Shown: positions 20,084 through 30,744, numbered from the stretch's first letter. The stretch: 64,000 nucleotides of DNA from a virus (IMGVR_UViG_3300017917_002116:51421-115420), one strand, 5' to 3'. The notes: a model not told the origin generated them from the letters alone. Made by a program: numbers and translations.

Positions 20084-21222
20084 AGCGAACGTTACTCGCA
20101 CTAGCGGTTGCCGGCTTCCTTAGCGCATGCGGTGGGGGAGGCGGCACAGCAGAAGCGATACCTATTAAGCAACCTGCCGATCTTGGCATCGCATGTACAC
20201 AAGCAACGGATTCTAATTATCTAGATATACCCCCAATTTATAAATTCGGAGGCCTACTCAGTAATTGGTCAAACGGTGATAGTGTGCCAGGCAAGTTAGA
20301 TGGAGAACATTTTACATGGGCAGTATCTAATTTTAGTGCTATTGCTAGCGAACAGAATAATTCAGTACTGAAATCTAGGATTACAACTAGTATCCATCGT
20401 TGGGCGCAAGCAGATGCTTATCAAGGCAGTCGTTGGTGTTGGTCTCCTAGTAAAGGCTGGGACTCTGCTTGTACACAATGGGTTGATCCAAACGGCAACG
20501 ATTTTAGTGCTATTCAGGATCAAGGATATATCCAACAAAATGTAGAAGCAATACGTAGAGCCTATGCTTTGATATCAGATTGGGCAAAAGTCAATGAGCC
20601 CGCCAAGCATGCTAAAATTACCAATTGGTTGAGCTATTTTGAAGTTAATAGCCCTCCGCCTGACAGGGTGTTTTTTGGTTTGGGCATGGGAAGATATCAT
20701 TGGAGGATACAACAGGTCAGTGACACAGCCGGCCCGGCCGCCACAGTGCCTCTGGTACGCAACCTCTTGGATGGTATTCTACCCCTAATCAATGATGATG
20801 GTTCAATTGCTGAACGGACCTCCAGGGGTAATAGGGCAATGTGGTATCATTATACTTCATTAAATGAAATAATGACATCAATGTACCTGGCCAAACAGGT
20901 AAATGTTGCAATTAATCCTCTGTTAGAAACAAGACTGCACAAAGCCGTTGAGCTTTTTCTGAACACATTGGACAATCCTGCTTTTATTATTCCTTGGGCA
21001 CGAGCAGGTTATAATAACGGCGGTGATGGGTCGACACAGAATTTTAATTTTAGCAACTGGTACAATGACCCCTATGCAGGTTCTTGGGTATATCTATACA
21101 CTAATTGGTATCCCGCCCATGCTAATACACCAAGGTTGAAACAGAAGGTACCCATGGGATCAACTACATCTGCATCCTTGGACACACAATTTGGTGTCCC
21201 ATTAGGTTGTACTCTGTATTAA
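20080..21222 (+). CDS. Lipoprotein with alginate-lyase-like (alpha/alpha barrel) domain
   Basis: Lipobox LSAC after MKR + hydrophobic stretch. INDDGSIAERTSRGNRAMWYHYTSL resembles the PL5/Alginate_lyase DGS...E..RG.RAL.YH motif. Confidence 0.65.
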   Translation: MKRTLLALAVAGFLSACGGGGGTAEAIPIKQPADLGIACTQATDSNYLDIPPIYKFGGLLSNWSNGDSVPGKLDGEHFTWAVSNFSAIASEQNNSVLKSRITTSIHRWAQADAYQGSRWCWSPSKGWDSACTQWVDPNGNDFSAIQDQGYIQQNVEAIRRAYALISDWAKVNEPAKHAKITNWLSYFEVNSPPPDRVFFGLGMGRYHWRIQQVSDTAGPAATVPLVRNLLDGILPLINDDGSIAERTSRGNRAMWYHYTSLNEIMTSMYLAKQVNVAINPLLETRLHKAVELFLNTLDNPAFIIPWARAGYNNGGDGSTQNFNFSNWYNDPYAGSWVYLYTNWYPAHANTPRLKQKVPMGSTTSASLDTQFGVPLGCTLY

Positions 21223-21232
21223 TCACTCACAT

Positions 21233-21268
21233 AAATCTTCCGATAAATAAAATATCGGGAGATTTTTC
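21233..21268 (+). promoter_or_regulatory. Late promoter GATAAATA embedded in a hairpin that pairs with the gp13 SD
   Basis: AAATCTTCCGATA-aataaaa-TATCGGGAGATTT; the SD GGGAG lies in the 3' arm. Confidence 0.75.
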
Positions 21269-22015
21269 ATGAGTGTAAAAGACGATATTATCAAAGAAAT
21301 AGAACTACGTTTGGGAGGCGGTATGGTGGACGTTGAACTTGATTCAGCGCACTACGAGTTGGCTATTACTTCTGCCCTTAGAAAATATAGACAGCGAAGT
21401 CAACGCGGCACCAATGAAAAATTCATCGAACTAAACATAAAGAATGAGCAACAAGAATATCAATTACCACAGAATGTGATCATGGTTCGCGATGTTCTAA
21501 TGCGACAGACAGGAACAATAGGCGCAGGAACTACAGGTGTTGACTTTGATCCCTTTGACGCCATGTATCTGAATAACATGTTGCTACAGAACAGTATGAA
21601 TTTCGCAGGCCTGCAGAACTACGAGTTTTACGCACACCGCAGAGAATTAATTGCTCGTATGTTTGGTGGCTATGTAACCTTTAACTTTAATCAAAACGAC
21701 AAGAAGATTTTTATACACAAGAAGTTCAAGTCAGATGACAAGGCGTTTGTTTGGTGCTTTGTGGATCGTGACGATGAAGATTTATTAAACGATAATTATG
21801 CCAATCCCTGGCTTAAAGACTATGCGTTTGCCAAGGCTAAATTTATGTTGGGCGAGGCCCGTAGTAAGTTTAGTACTATTGCTGGTCCACAAGGTGGCAC
21901 CAGTCTTAACGGAGATAACCTCAAAAGCGAAGCACAGGCAGAACTTGAAAAACTAGAAGAAGATCTAAAAACCTACGCAGAGGGTGGAACACCTCTGGGA
22001 TTCATAATAGGGTAA
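21269..22015 (+). CDS. gp13: Neck / head-tail connector protein (T4 gp13-like)
   Basis: LRLGGGMVDVEL...WLKDYAFAKAK..LGEARSKF..GPQGG.SLNG...PLGFIIG. Confidence 0.85.
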   Translation: MSVKDDIIKEIELRLGGGMVDVELDSAHYELAITSALRKYRQRSQRGTNEKFIELNIKNEQQEYQLPQNVIMVRDVLMRQTGTIGAGTTGVDFDPFDAMYLNNMLLQNSMNFAGLQNYEFYAHRRELIARMFGGYVTFNFNQNDKKIFIHKKFKSDDKAFVWCFVDRDDEDLLNDNYANPWLKDYAFAKAKFMLGEARSKFSTIAGPQGGTSLNGDNLKSEAQAELEKLEEDLKTYAEGGTPLGFIIG

Positions 22016-22018
22016 TTT

Positions 22019-22450
22019 ATGAGAATAAGTGAAATATTAAACGAATTAGATCGTAGAGGTTTCCTACGAGGACTAGCCGCCGCGGCATTAACAGGAGCGG
22101 CAGGAACCGCGGCCGCAAGAGTAGTACCCGGACAAGATGATCCAAATATCAATCGTCTAACAGGTAAGCCCAATGCCGCACCTGGTACTAACAATGAACC
22201 GCCTGCATCAAGTGCACAAATGCCAAATCAAAATTTGGAAACTGCTGAAAAAGTAGACCGCACAGATGATGGCATCATTATCACACATAATGGCAAACAG
22301 TATCAGGCAGTAGAAGTGCCCAAGGACGGCCCAACACCTCGCGGCGCCCAAATGATTAAGGTGCAACAAGCACAATTAGGCATGCGAGGGATAGGCAACT
22401 ATACAACTTACCTATTACCAAACGGACGAGCTTACATCTATTCTAAATGA
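22019..22450 (+). CDS. Late protein with twin-arginine (Tat) signal peptide
   Basis: MRISEILNE-LDRRGFLRGLAAAALTGAAGTAAA: RRxFL, hydrophobic region and AxA site. Confidence 0.7.
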   Translation: MRISEILNELDRRGFLRGLAAAALTGAAGTAAARVVPGQDDPNINRLTGKPNAAPGTNNEPPASSAQMPNQNLETAEKVDRTDDGIIITHNGKQYQAVEVPKDGPTPRGAQMIKVQQAQLGMRGIGNYTTYLLPNGRAYIYSK

Positions 22451-22638
22451 ATCCAGAAGAATTAAGAAAACTCGCCGGCATAGACAAAACAGCTACTAGC
22501 CCTATTAGCGGAGAAATAGGCACAACCAAAGGCGAGTACATGCGTAAACACAATATACAACCAGGCACAGACGAATGGTTCAAGTTATGGTTCGCCCGGC
22601 CTAGTCTAACTGGTGAAAATCCTACTCCTAAAAAGTAA
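22447..22638 (+). CDS. Small hypothetical protein (ELRKLAG motif)
   Basis: ATGA overlap; ..PGTDEWFKLWF.. Confidence 0.7.
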   Translation: MNPEELRKLAGIDKTATSPISGEIGTTKGEYMRKHNIQPGTDEWFKLWFARPSLTGENPTPKK

Positions 22639-22646
22639 AAAACTTA

Positions 22647-22675
22647 TAGACAAATAGATCAAGGTACTATATACT
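22647..22675 (+). promoter_or_regulatory. Sigma70-like promoter directly before ATG (leaderless)
   Basis: TAGACA-N17-TATACT with ATG 6 nt downstream. Confidence 0.7.
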
Positions 22676-22681
22676 AGTACG

Positions 22682-23170
22682 ATGATAATTTACCTTGACA
22701 TGGATGATGTAGTAGCAGACTGGATGGGTCTAGCCAAAACTATAGTCAATAGAAACTGGAATTATGGAGAAAGAATTCCAGATTCAGATTGGAAAAAACT
22801 CAAATATAATCCAAGATTCTATAGAAACATTCCTCTTAAAAAGGGTGCAGTAGACCTGGTAAATTATTGTAGGAATTTATTGTCCGAAAATAAAATAGAC
22901 GGGCTGTATTTTTTAACAGCACTCCCACATGATTATTCCATGCCCCATGCAGCTTACGACAAAGTTCTTTGGGCACAAGAGCACTTTCCTGATATCCCTG
23001 TATTTTTTGGACCCTTTAGTCATGACAAATGGCGCCATTGTACGCCAGGCGATATACTAATAGATGATAGATCGAGTAATGTAAGTGAATGGATTTCTGC
23101 TGGCGGCATCGCACACAGATATACCACGTGGGAAAATTGTAAACCTTGGTTAGAGGAAATTTTTAAATGA
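22682..23170 (+). CDS. 5'(3')-deoxyribonucleotidase (HAD, NT5C family)
   Basis: YLDMDDVVAD, FLTA, K, ILIDDR motifs. Confidence 0.88.
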   Translation: MIIYLDMDDVVADWMGLAKTIVNRNWNYGERIPDSDWKKLKYNPRFYRNIPLKKGAVDLVNYCRNLLSENKIDGLYFLTALPHDYSMPHAAYDKVLWAQEHFPDIPVFFGPFSHDKWRHCTPGDILIDDRSSNVSEWISAGGIAHRYTTWENCKPWLEEIFK

Positions 23171-23805
23171 TTATAGGCATCTGCGGTTTTATTGGTGCTG
23201 GTAAAGACACCATTGCTGACTATTTGGTTAATATACATGAATTTAGACGAGAAAGTTTTGCCAACACTCTTAAAGATGCTGTAGCGGCAGTCTTTGGCTG
23301 GGATCGAACTCTACTAGAAGGTCGTACCAAAGAAGCTAGAGAATGGCGCGAGCAGGTAGACCCCTGGTGGGCAGAACGTTTGGGCATGCCTGAACTGACG
23401 CCACGTTGGATACTGCAATATTGGGGCACAGAAGTATGTCGCAAATCATTTCATGATGACATCTGGATCGCAGCCTTAGAAAACAAACTGAGAAATAGTA
23501 AAGATGATGTCGTTATTTCTGATTGCAGATTCCCCAATGAGATTAAAGCTATTAAAAACGCAGGCGGCATTGTAATAAGGGTCAAACGTGGTGCCGAACC
23601 CGAATGGTTAGAGGCCGCGCAACATTATATGAGCGGACCCAGTACTATTGGATGGGCTCTGGGCAAGGGTTTGCTTGATAAGCATAAAGTACATGCTAGT
23701 GAATACAGCTGGGTAGCCACCAACTTTGATCATGTCTTAGAAAATGATGGTAGCATGGATGAACTGTATAAAAAAATACATGATATAGTAGAAAACATGC
23801 AATAA
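23167..23805 (+). CDS. gp1: Deoxynucleoside monophosphate kinase (T4 gp1-like)
   Basis: IIGICGFIGAGKDT, SFANTLKD, R.ILQYWGTE, ISDCRFPNE, HASE. Confidence 0.92.
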   Translation: MIIGICGFIGAGKDTIADYLVNIHEFRRESFANTLKDAVAAVFGWDRTLLEGRTKEAREWREQVDPWWAERLGMPELTPRWILQYWGTEVCRKSFHDDIWIAALENKLRNSKDDVVISDCRFPNEIKAIKNAGGIVIRVKRGAEPEWLEAAQHYMSGPSTIGWALGKGLLDKHKVHASEYSWVATNFDHVLENDGSMDELYKKIHDIVENMQ

Positions 23806-23812
23806 ATTTAAC

Positions 23813-23843
23813 AAATGGACGGTGCACCCTGACCGTCCATTTT
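23813..23843 (+). terminator. Rho-independent terminator
   Basis: AAATGGACGGT-N8-ACCGTCCATTT(T). Confidence 0.75.
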
Positions 23844-23917
23844 CACGGTTTGGGCTAAATAGCGCCTTTTTCCACCTTTTTGGTAAATACTATTAACCTA
23901 CCAACAAGGAGAAAAAT

Positions 23918-26350
23918 ATGCCTACATTAGTTTCACCAGGTGTAGCAGTCAGCGTTAAAGACGAAAGCATGTACGGCCCAGCCGGCAATGGTACAGTTCC
24001 GCTATTAATTCTGGCAACACAATCTAACAAGGCTAACGTCAGTGGCAGTGGTTACGCAGAAGGAACCATGCCAGTGAATGCCAATAAGCCATATCTACTA
24101 ACAAGTCAGAGGGAATTAGTAGAATTATTTGGTAAACCATACTTTAAAGTTATTGATGGCACACCAGTACATGGTGCTGAAGTCAACGAATATGGTCTAA
24201 TGGCTGCTTACAGTTATCTAGGCCTTGCCAATCGTGCCTACGTACTACGTGCAGATATTGACCTAGCACAACTAGAACCAAGAGACGTTGAACCCAAAGG
24301 TGATCCAGTAAATGGAACATACTGGCTAGATCTTACCAGCGCCACAGATGCTACAGGCACAGCTTGGGGTATATTTGAATCAAGAGGCGCAGGCAGAAAT
24401 TGGGCAGCTAAAACTCCATTGGTAATTACAGAATTAACTGACACGGCTGGTAACCTAGGCTTCGCTCCTGCTACAAGTCTTGGCACTGATGGTGACTATG
24501 CTGTAGTTGCCACTTCAGTTGTGAGCAATTATCTATACTATAAAAAAGTATCAGGCCTATGGAAAGCAGTAACTAATGCGTCCCTAAGCACCACTGTGCA
24601 TGTGGCTCCTCACTATCAGATTCCTACAGCCGTGGCAGCAGGTGAAGTCTGGGTCAAGACAACTAACCCAAATAATGGTCTACGTGTTCTTGTCAAGAGA
24701 TACTATGCAAGTAGTAGACAATGGGTAACTTTAGCTTGCCCAAGCTATGTTGATGATGCCGCAGCCACAACAGCTTTTGGTACTGCTCTAACAACAGGCA
24801 AGATCTATGCTAAAGTAACTCCTGGTTATGGTAACGTGACATTGAGATTATACACAGGCACACCAACTAATGGTAGCTGGGGTCCTTTATATGAAGAACC
24901 TAGCGTAAGTGCACCCAAGGGTCCTACTCCAGACGGAACACTATGGTATAATACAGATCTAATGGTAGATCTTTATATCAAGGCCAATGGTAAATGGGAA
25001 CCAGTAACATCTAATATTACTATAGATGCTAGTGCACCAACAAGTCCTGCTGTGGGCGATTTCTGGATCAACAGTGATGACCCAGAAAATTATCCTCTGG
25101 TATACGAATTTGATGGTACAGACTGGATAGCACGCGACATTACAGACCAAACTACTCCTAACGGTATTATTTTTGCAGATTTAACAATGACACCAGCAGA
25201 CACAAGCAACGCTGGCGGCGCAGATGGTATCATGGATAGTCCAGATCCTCTACTACATCCAGATGGCATGCTACTGTGGAACAGTGCAATCAGCACAGGC
25301 AACGTAAAGATCTATGGCGACGTTACACTTGGTGACGAAATCACAGTTGTAAAAGGCTGGAGCACATATAGTGGCAACATGGAAAATGGTGCTCCTTATA
25401 TGTTCCGCAAGGCACAGCGTAGAGCAGTTGTTCGTGCAATGCAAGCGGCAGTAAACAGCAACACACAAATTCGTGAAGAAATGACACAATTTACATTGAT
25501 TGCTGCTCCTGCTTATCCTGAACTATTAGATGAAATGTTAGCACTGAACGTAGATCGTAAAGAAACAGCGTTCATTATTGTTGACACACCTTTCAGACTA
25601 CGTCCACAGAGCCAAGAGCTATTAAATTGGATGAGTGGAAACAAGGCTGTAACCAATGGTGAAGATGGTATTACAACACCAACTCCTCAGGCAGCTTGCT
25701 ACTATCCAAGTGCATACACTAGTGATCTAGATGGCAACGATGTCGTTGTTCCACCAAGTCATATTGTATTGCGTACATATGCATACAATGACCAAGTGGC
25801 TTATCCTTGGTTTGCACCAGCAGGCCTAACACGCGGTATTGTTACAAACGCCAGCAACGTTGGTTACATCAACAGCGAAGGCGAATTTATACCAGTTGCA
25901 TTGACCAATGGTCAGCGTGACGTTCTATACGGTGACGGTAAGAGAATGGGTATCAACCCAATCACACGTTTCCCAGGACAGGGTCTATTCGTATTCGGTC
26001 AGCGTACAATGCAGAGCTATGCTAGTGCACTTGATCGTGTTAACGTCGGTCGTCTATTGGCTTACCTACGTGAGCGTTTTGATCCTCTTGCTCGTCCGTT
26101 CATATTTGAACCTAACGACAAGATCACAAGAGCAAATGCTAAACAGGTATTTGATAGCTTCCTAGCAGATATGATTGCCAAGAGAGCGATCTATGATTTT
26201 ATTGTTGTTTGCGACGAGACAAATAATACTCCTGCTCGAATTGACAGGAACGAATTGTGGATTGATGTTGCTATTGAACCAGTTAAGGCTGTTGAATTTA
26301 TCTACATCCCAATCCGTGTTGTCAACACCGGCGCTTTGTCAGCAAGATAA
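23918..26350 (+). CDS. gp18: Tail sheath protein
   Basis: LVSPGV, YPWFAPAGLTRG, INPI, FGQRT, ALDRVNV.RL, FEPND..TR, CDETNNTP..ID.NEL, IEPVKAVEFIYI. Confidence 0.96.
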   Translation: MPTLVSPGVAVSVKDESMYGPAGNGTVPLLILATQSNKANVSGSGYAEGTMPVNANKPYLLTSQRELVELFGKPYFKVIDGTPVHGAEVNEYGLMAAYSYLGLANRAYVLRADIDLAQLEPRDVEPKGDPVNGTYWLDLTSATDATGTAWGIFESRGAGRNWAAKTPLVITELTDTAGNLGFAPATSLGTDGDYAVVATSVVSNYLYYKKVSGLWKAVTNASLSTTVHVAPHYQIPTAVAAGEVWVKTTNPNNGLRVLVKRYYASSRQWVTLACPSYVDDAAATTAFGTALTTGKIYAKVTPGYGNVTLRLYTGTPTNGSWGPLYEEPSVSAPKGPTPDGTLWYNTDLMVDLYIKANGKWEPVTSNITIDASAPTSPAVGDFWINSDDPENYPLVYEFDGTDWIARDITDQTTPNGIIFADLTMTPADTSNAGGADGIMDSPDPLLHPDGMLLWNSAISTGNVKIYGDVTLGDEITVVKGWSTYSGNMENGAPYMFRKAQRRAVVRAMQAAVNSNTQIREEMTQFTLIAAPAYPELLDEMLALNVDRKETAFIIVDTPFRLRPQSQELLNWMSGNKAVTNGEDGITTPTPQAACYYPSAYTSDLDGNDVVVPPSHIVLRTYAYNDQVAYPWFAPAGLTRGIVTNASNVGYINSEGEFIPVALTNGQRDVLYGDGKRMGINPITRFPGQGLFVFGQRTMQSYASALDRVNVGRLLAYLRERFDPLARPFIFEPNDKITRANAKQVFDSFLADMIAKRAIYDFIVVCDETNNTPARIDRNELWIDVAIEPVKAVEFIYIPIRVVNTGALSAR

Positions 26351-26375
26351 ATAAAATAGCCAAAGGAGAAGATAC

Positions 26376-26987
26376 ATGGCAGATTTAACACAATACGGAG
26401 TCCCAACAACAACATCTAACGTTATCATGATGCCAAAACTCCAGTACAGATTCAGAGTGAACATGTACGGTTTTGGCAAGGATAATGGTAGTACGCTGGA
26501 CTTCACACAGAACGTAGTTAGCGTAACACGCCCAAGTCTAACTCATGATGAAGTAACCTTAGATGCATATAACAGTCGTGCATATTTGGCTGCTAAACAT
26601 ACATGGGAACCTATAACACTTACAATTCGTGATGATATGAACAACGCTGCAAGCAAGCACGTTGCAAGCCAATTGCAGAAACAATTGAATCATGGTTTGC
26701 AAAGCGCACCTGCCGCTGGTAAGGATTATAAGTTTGGTCTTGTTATCGAGCAGTTAGACGGTAGCCAACCAGGTCTTGTAGTTGAAACATGGAGCTTGAA
26801 TGGTTGCTTCATTCAGAACGTTAACTATGGTGAAAACAACTACGCTACTAGCGATGTAATGTTGATTACACTACAGATTCGTTATGATGGTGCAGATATC
26901 CATAGTGAGCCTCAGGCTGCTGCTACAGAGCCTGGCAAGTTAACAAGCGGATTACTAGGCAATTCAGCTATTAATCCTGCTGTTTAA
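26376..26987 (+). CDS. gp19: Tail tube protein
   Basis: PKLQYRFRV, RPS, KHTWEPITLTIRDD, ETW.L.GCF, LQIRYD; follows the sheath gene with a strong SD. Confidence 0.9.
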   Translation: MADLTQYGVPTTTSNVIMMPKLQYRFRVNMYGFGKDNGSTLDFTQNVVSVTRPSLTHDEVTLDAYNSRAYLAAKHTWEPITLTIRDDMNNAASKHVASQLQKQLNHGLQSAPAAGKDYKFGLVIEQLDGSQPGLVVETWSLNGCFIQNVNYGENNYATSDVMLITLQIRYDGADIHSEPQAAATEPGKLTSGLLGNSAINPAV

Positions 26988-26998
26988 GGAGCGCACTA

Positions 26999-27766
26999 AT
27001 GGCGGCACTTACTGACGCTATGAAGTGGTACGGTTTAGGCGCGGACATGGCTCCGCGCCTTAAGTATCATTTTAACATCGAAATCTATAGTTCACAGGCA
27101 CAAGAGTATGCGAGAGATGTCTACAACTGTGTAAGGACAGTAGAACTTCCCAAGTACAGCATAGACACACAGGTGGTAAATGCCTGGAACGTACAACAGC
27201 TAATCCCCACAAAAGTGGTCTTCGAACCATTGAGTATATCATTTAATGACACTCACGATAATAGATTCCAAAAATTTATCAAGGCATATCTTGCCGCAGC
27301 CACAGATAGTTTCCAACCGATTACTAGTGGCTACAGAACCGGTTTTGATACGTTTGGTCTTAAAATGCAAGATACTACCTATGACGTCATTATTGAAAAA
27401 ATAGTCATAAGACGCTTCTATGGTGCAGATGCAGACAGACAAAATTTTGGCGATGAAAGTATCGTAACACTGTACAGACCAAAAATAATTGATGTACAAC
27501 ACGACACATTAGACTACAGTGCAAGCGAAGCAATAACCTGGCAGATTAGTATTAGATACGAAAGTATGACCTATGAAGAAATCGGTGGGCCGCCAAAGAC
27601 CAACACAGAAACGGCACCTGAGCCTACATTATTGAATGCAGGTGAAGTTCCAGTCGAAGAATCACTAGGCCCGGGAGAGACGGTGGTTGACTTGACAAAT
27701 AGCCCACTAATTAGTGGCGGTGGCATCGGCGGCGTTACTGGTGGTGGAATAGTAGGAGGTATATAA
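26999..27766 (+). CDS. Tail tube-like baseplate/tube initiator (gp54/gp48-like)
   Basis: PRLKYHF, VRTVELPKYSI, FEPLSISFND, HDTLDYS, ISIRYE: a gp19-fold paralog. Confidence 0.7.
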   Translation: MAALTDAMKWYGLGADMAPRLKYHFNIEIYSSQAQEYARDVYNCVRTVELPKYSIDTQVVNAWNVQQLIPTKVVFEPLSISFNDTHDNRFQKFIKAYLAAATDSFQPITSGYRTGFDTFGLKMQDTTYDVIIEKIVIRRFYGADADRQNFGDESIVTLYRPKIIDVQHDTLDYSASEAITWQISIRYESMTYEEIGGPPKTNTETAPEPTLLNAGEVPVEESLGPGETVVDLTNSPLISGGGIGGVTGGGIVGGI

Positions 27767-28101
27767 TGAGTTTTGAAACATCTAAATTTGATTTATTATA
27801 CGGCAAACTACTAGGCAAAGGTCTAACCCCATCGCTGTCAAAGCAGCTGGCCTCCACTCTATATCGATTAAGTCAGAATATAGATGTTAGCATAGATGAT
27901 ATAGTACGCAATGTTACTACCAATGGTATACGATTTGACAATGTGATATATGCGTCACTGAATCGTTATAGATCCAACAGCAGCCAAGTAGGCTATCTAG
28001 ATATTAATAATATTCCGCTAGGCATATCGCAACAAATACCAACTATTGCTGAATCTAGTTACATTGCACCAGGCTATGTTAAAAAGGGTTATGTAGAATA
28101 A
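27766..28101 (+). CDS. Hypothetical virion-associated protein
   Basis: Translationally coupled within the tail operon. Confidence 0.7.
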   Translation: MSFETSKFDLLYGKLLGKGLTPSLSKQLASTLYRLSQNIDVSIDDIVRNVTTNGIRFDNVIYASLNRYRSNSSQVGYLDINNIPLGISQQIPTIAESSYIAPGYVKKGYVE

Positions 28102-28111
28102 GGAACACGAT

Positions 28112-30268
28112 ATGACATTGACATTACGCAGAGACAAAGGGTCTATTCTAACATACGACGAATTAGATGATAACTTTGTTCATCTAAGTAACTATGAGAA
28201 TCTGTCTAACAAGCCCACTTCATTAGAAGGACCGGCCGGACCTAAGGGAGACACCGGCGAACCCGGACCACAGGGACCACAAGGACCCGCAGGAGCAGAT
28301 GGAGCACAAGGACCACAAGGCGAACCCGGAACAACAGATTATAACGAACTGGTTAACAAACCAACTATTCCTACAAATCTTAGTGAACTTAACAATGATG
28401 TCGGCTTCATTACAGACTGGATGCAGGCCGATTGGAATGAGACTGCCGTAGATAGTCCTGCATTTATTAATAATAAACCTACAATTCCTACAGATGTCAG
28501 TGACCTAACAGATGTTAATGGTTTATTAGGCAGCGGCAGCGGGCTGCTACCACCATACAAAGGCTTCAGAGCACATTACGGCAGAATGTGGGGAAATACA
28601 GACGATCCCAACGGCCCGATCAACAAAATTGTAATCTACAAAAATTCTGCGTCCCCTAGCTCTACTATTGACGAAAGTACCAGCAACGATACCTTTAACG
28701 TGTCAGGCTTGACTGGTAGTGATGTTGTAGCCATGGTAGTTGTGGTTGGACAAAACGTTAATCAAACTACAACTGCCGAACTAAAAACCCTTGCCGAATC
28801 TATCATCGACACGGTTATTTTGAATAATGGTGTAGAAGGTGATATTAATAGCATTGAATTGATGCACGATTATTTCTATGACAACTATTCCACATTTAGT
28901 GCAGTCGTTACAGATAGAAAAACTGATTTAGAATTCTTTAGCGTTAACAATCAATTCAATATCAATCCTACATTCGCCACCGGCGATGGCGCCAACTTTA
29001 GCAGTATCTCTTACAATATGAATAATGATACTCTAGATCTAGGCAGTTGGGGACAAGGCGCTCCAAATACACACGAAGTTGGCGATGTGCATGTAATTCC
29101 AGGCAACACCATTCAAGATGCTAACGGTAATTTCCTTTTAACACCCGACAACGATGTTACAGTAACCATCACCGGAGTCAGCGACGGGTGGATTCAAACT
29201 TATTCGGTGACAGGCAATTTGCCCCGCCCGGCAGAAGTTTGGCCTGATAACTATATCAGCGATGGCGGCGATGACGAATATGATACTGCAAACTATATTA
29301 ACACAAACTTGCAAAGTGAGATCAGCTATAACAGTGGCAATGCAGTAATAGGTAGTTCAGCCTTTGGCGGTGGCAACTATGTTGTTGCTTACAAGGATGG
29401 TATTTTTGGTATTTTTGCTGTTAACGCAGATATTGACAGTATAGGCACTAGCGGTAACAGCGGCTTTGACGGTGATGGCCAAGCAGACACAGGTAGTTTA
29501 TATGGTGCTGTTACTGAAGACAATACTATGGCAGACATTACCTTCGAAGGTACAGCGTTAAAAACCGAGAACGGCAATAGCCCATGGTATAATGGTGTTA
29601 TCAGTTTAATGCCCGGTTCATTAAACGAGCCACAGTATGCTAACTATGGTCAGTTTATTAATATCTATCCAACATGGGGTTACGATCAGCCGCACATTCA
29701 CGTCGACTCCGGCGAAGGTCCCAACGGAAAAGGCGACTTAATATTGGGTCCAGACGGATATCATATAGATGTTAATCACGATGGCAATGTTTACATAAAG
29801 ACTAATAACCAGAACAACACTTGGACTTTTGATAATAACGGCAACTTAGCGTTACCTTACGGCGGTGATATTAAAGACAGTTCGGGTAATTCAGTATTAA
29901 CCGGCGGTGATACATTGCCAAGAGCAAGTGTTATTAACATTCCCGATCCCGACGTCACATGCGGTATTATCAGGGTAAGGATTACCAACGGTGTCGTCAC
30001 AGTAGAAGAAGCCAACGGTGGATCACTAACTGTGGTATATTCGGGTCGTGTTGTATCATCGACAGGAACTCAAACTATACTTTCTACAGGTGGCTCTAGT
30101 GCAGCACCCGGTGGACAATTAACACTGGGAACCTTAGTCAATCGCGGCGATAGCTTGATTATGGATTATCTATACGACGCCAATACAAATCATGCATACA
30201 GAATAAATGCTATGGTGACATGGAGTAGTGTTCCTTACGGCGGTATCATCGTAGAACGAATAGCTTAA
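28112..30268 (+). CDS. Collagen-repeat virion fibre protein
   Basis: N-terminal [20 protein letters not shown] anchor, about 11 Gly-X-Y triplets, NKPTIPT repeats. Confidence 0.8.
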   Translation: MTLTLRRDKGSILTYDELDDNFVHLSNYENLSNKPTSLEGPAGPKGDTGEPGPQGPQGPAGADGAQGPQGEPGTTDYNELVNKPTIPTNLSELNNDVGFITDWMQADWNETAVDSPAFINNKPTIPTDVSDLTDVNGLLGSGSGLLPPYKGFRAHYGRMWGNTDDPNGPINKIVIYKNSASPSSTIDESTSNDTFNVSGLTGSDVVAMVVVVGQNVNQTTTAELKTLAESIIDTVILNNGVEGDINSIELMHDYFYDNYSTFSAVVTDRKTDLEFFSVNNQFNINPTFATGDGANFSSISYNMNNDTLDLGSWGQGAPNTHEVGDVHVIPGNTIQDANGNFLLTPDNDVTVTITGVSDGWIQTYSVTGNLPRPAEVWPDNYISDGGDDEYDTANYINTNLQSEISYNSGNAVIGSSAFGGGNYVVAYKDGIFGIFAVNADIDSIGTSGNSGFDGDGQADTGSLYGAVTEDNTMADITFEGTALKTENGNSPWYNGVISLMPGSLNEPQYANYGQFINIYPTWGYDQPHIHVDSGEGPNGKGDLILGPDGYHIDVNHDGNVYIKTNNQNNTWTFDNNGNLALPYGGDIKDSSGNSVLTGGDTLPRASVINIPDPDVTCGIIRVRITNGVVTVEEANGGSLTVVYSGRVVSSTGTQTILSTGGSSAAPGGQLTLGTLVNRGDSLIMDYLYDANTNHAYRINAMVTWSSVPYGGIIVERIA

Positions 30269-30276
30269 TCACTAGA

Positions 30277-30744
30277 ATGGCTAACAATTATAATCAAGGA
30301 TTTTTCACACCCAGCAACCCAGAACGATATATTGGCAGCAACAGTCCAAAATATCGTAGTGGTTGGGAACTTACTGTAATGCGGTTTTGTGATAATCATC
30401 CCAGTATTATAGCCTGGGCCAGTGAAAGTTTACGCATACCTTATCGTAATCCATTTACTGGCAAAGACACTCATTACTATCCTGATTTTCTGATAACATA
30501 TCAGGATAAAGAAGGCAATAAAATAAGCGAAGTTATTGAAGTCAAGCCACGCAACCAAGCATTATTAGAGCAAGCGAGAACCCAACAAGAAAAGGCAGCA
30601 GTAGTTCTTAACATGGCTAAATGGGAAGCATGTAGGATATGGTGCCAGAAACATGGTATGCGTTTTAGAATACTCACTGAAGAAGATATATACAATAACT
30701 GGCAACCAAGAAGCAAGCCCAAACAAAAGCGAGTTAAAAGATGA
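30277..30744 (+). CDS. gp4: Head completion nuclease (T4 gp4 / TnsA-like)
   Basis: P.NP.RY.G, YRSGWE, WASE...IPY, YYPDF, IEVKP, N.AKWEA, FRILTE. Confidence 0.92.
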   Translation: MANNYNQGFFTPSNPERYIGSNSPKYRSGWELTVMRFCDNHPSIIAWASESLRIPYRNPFTGKDTHYYPDFLITYQDKEGNKISEVIEVKPRNQALLEQARTQQEKAAVVLNMAKWEACRIWCQKHGMRFRILTEEDIYNNWQPRSKPKQKRVKR

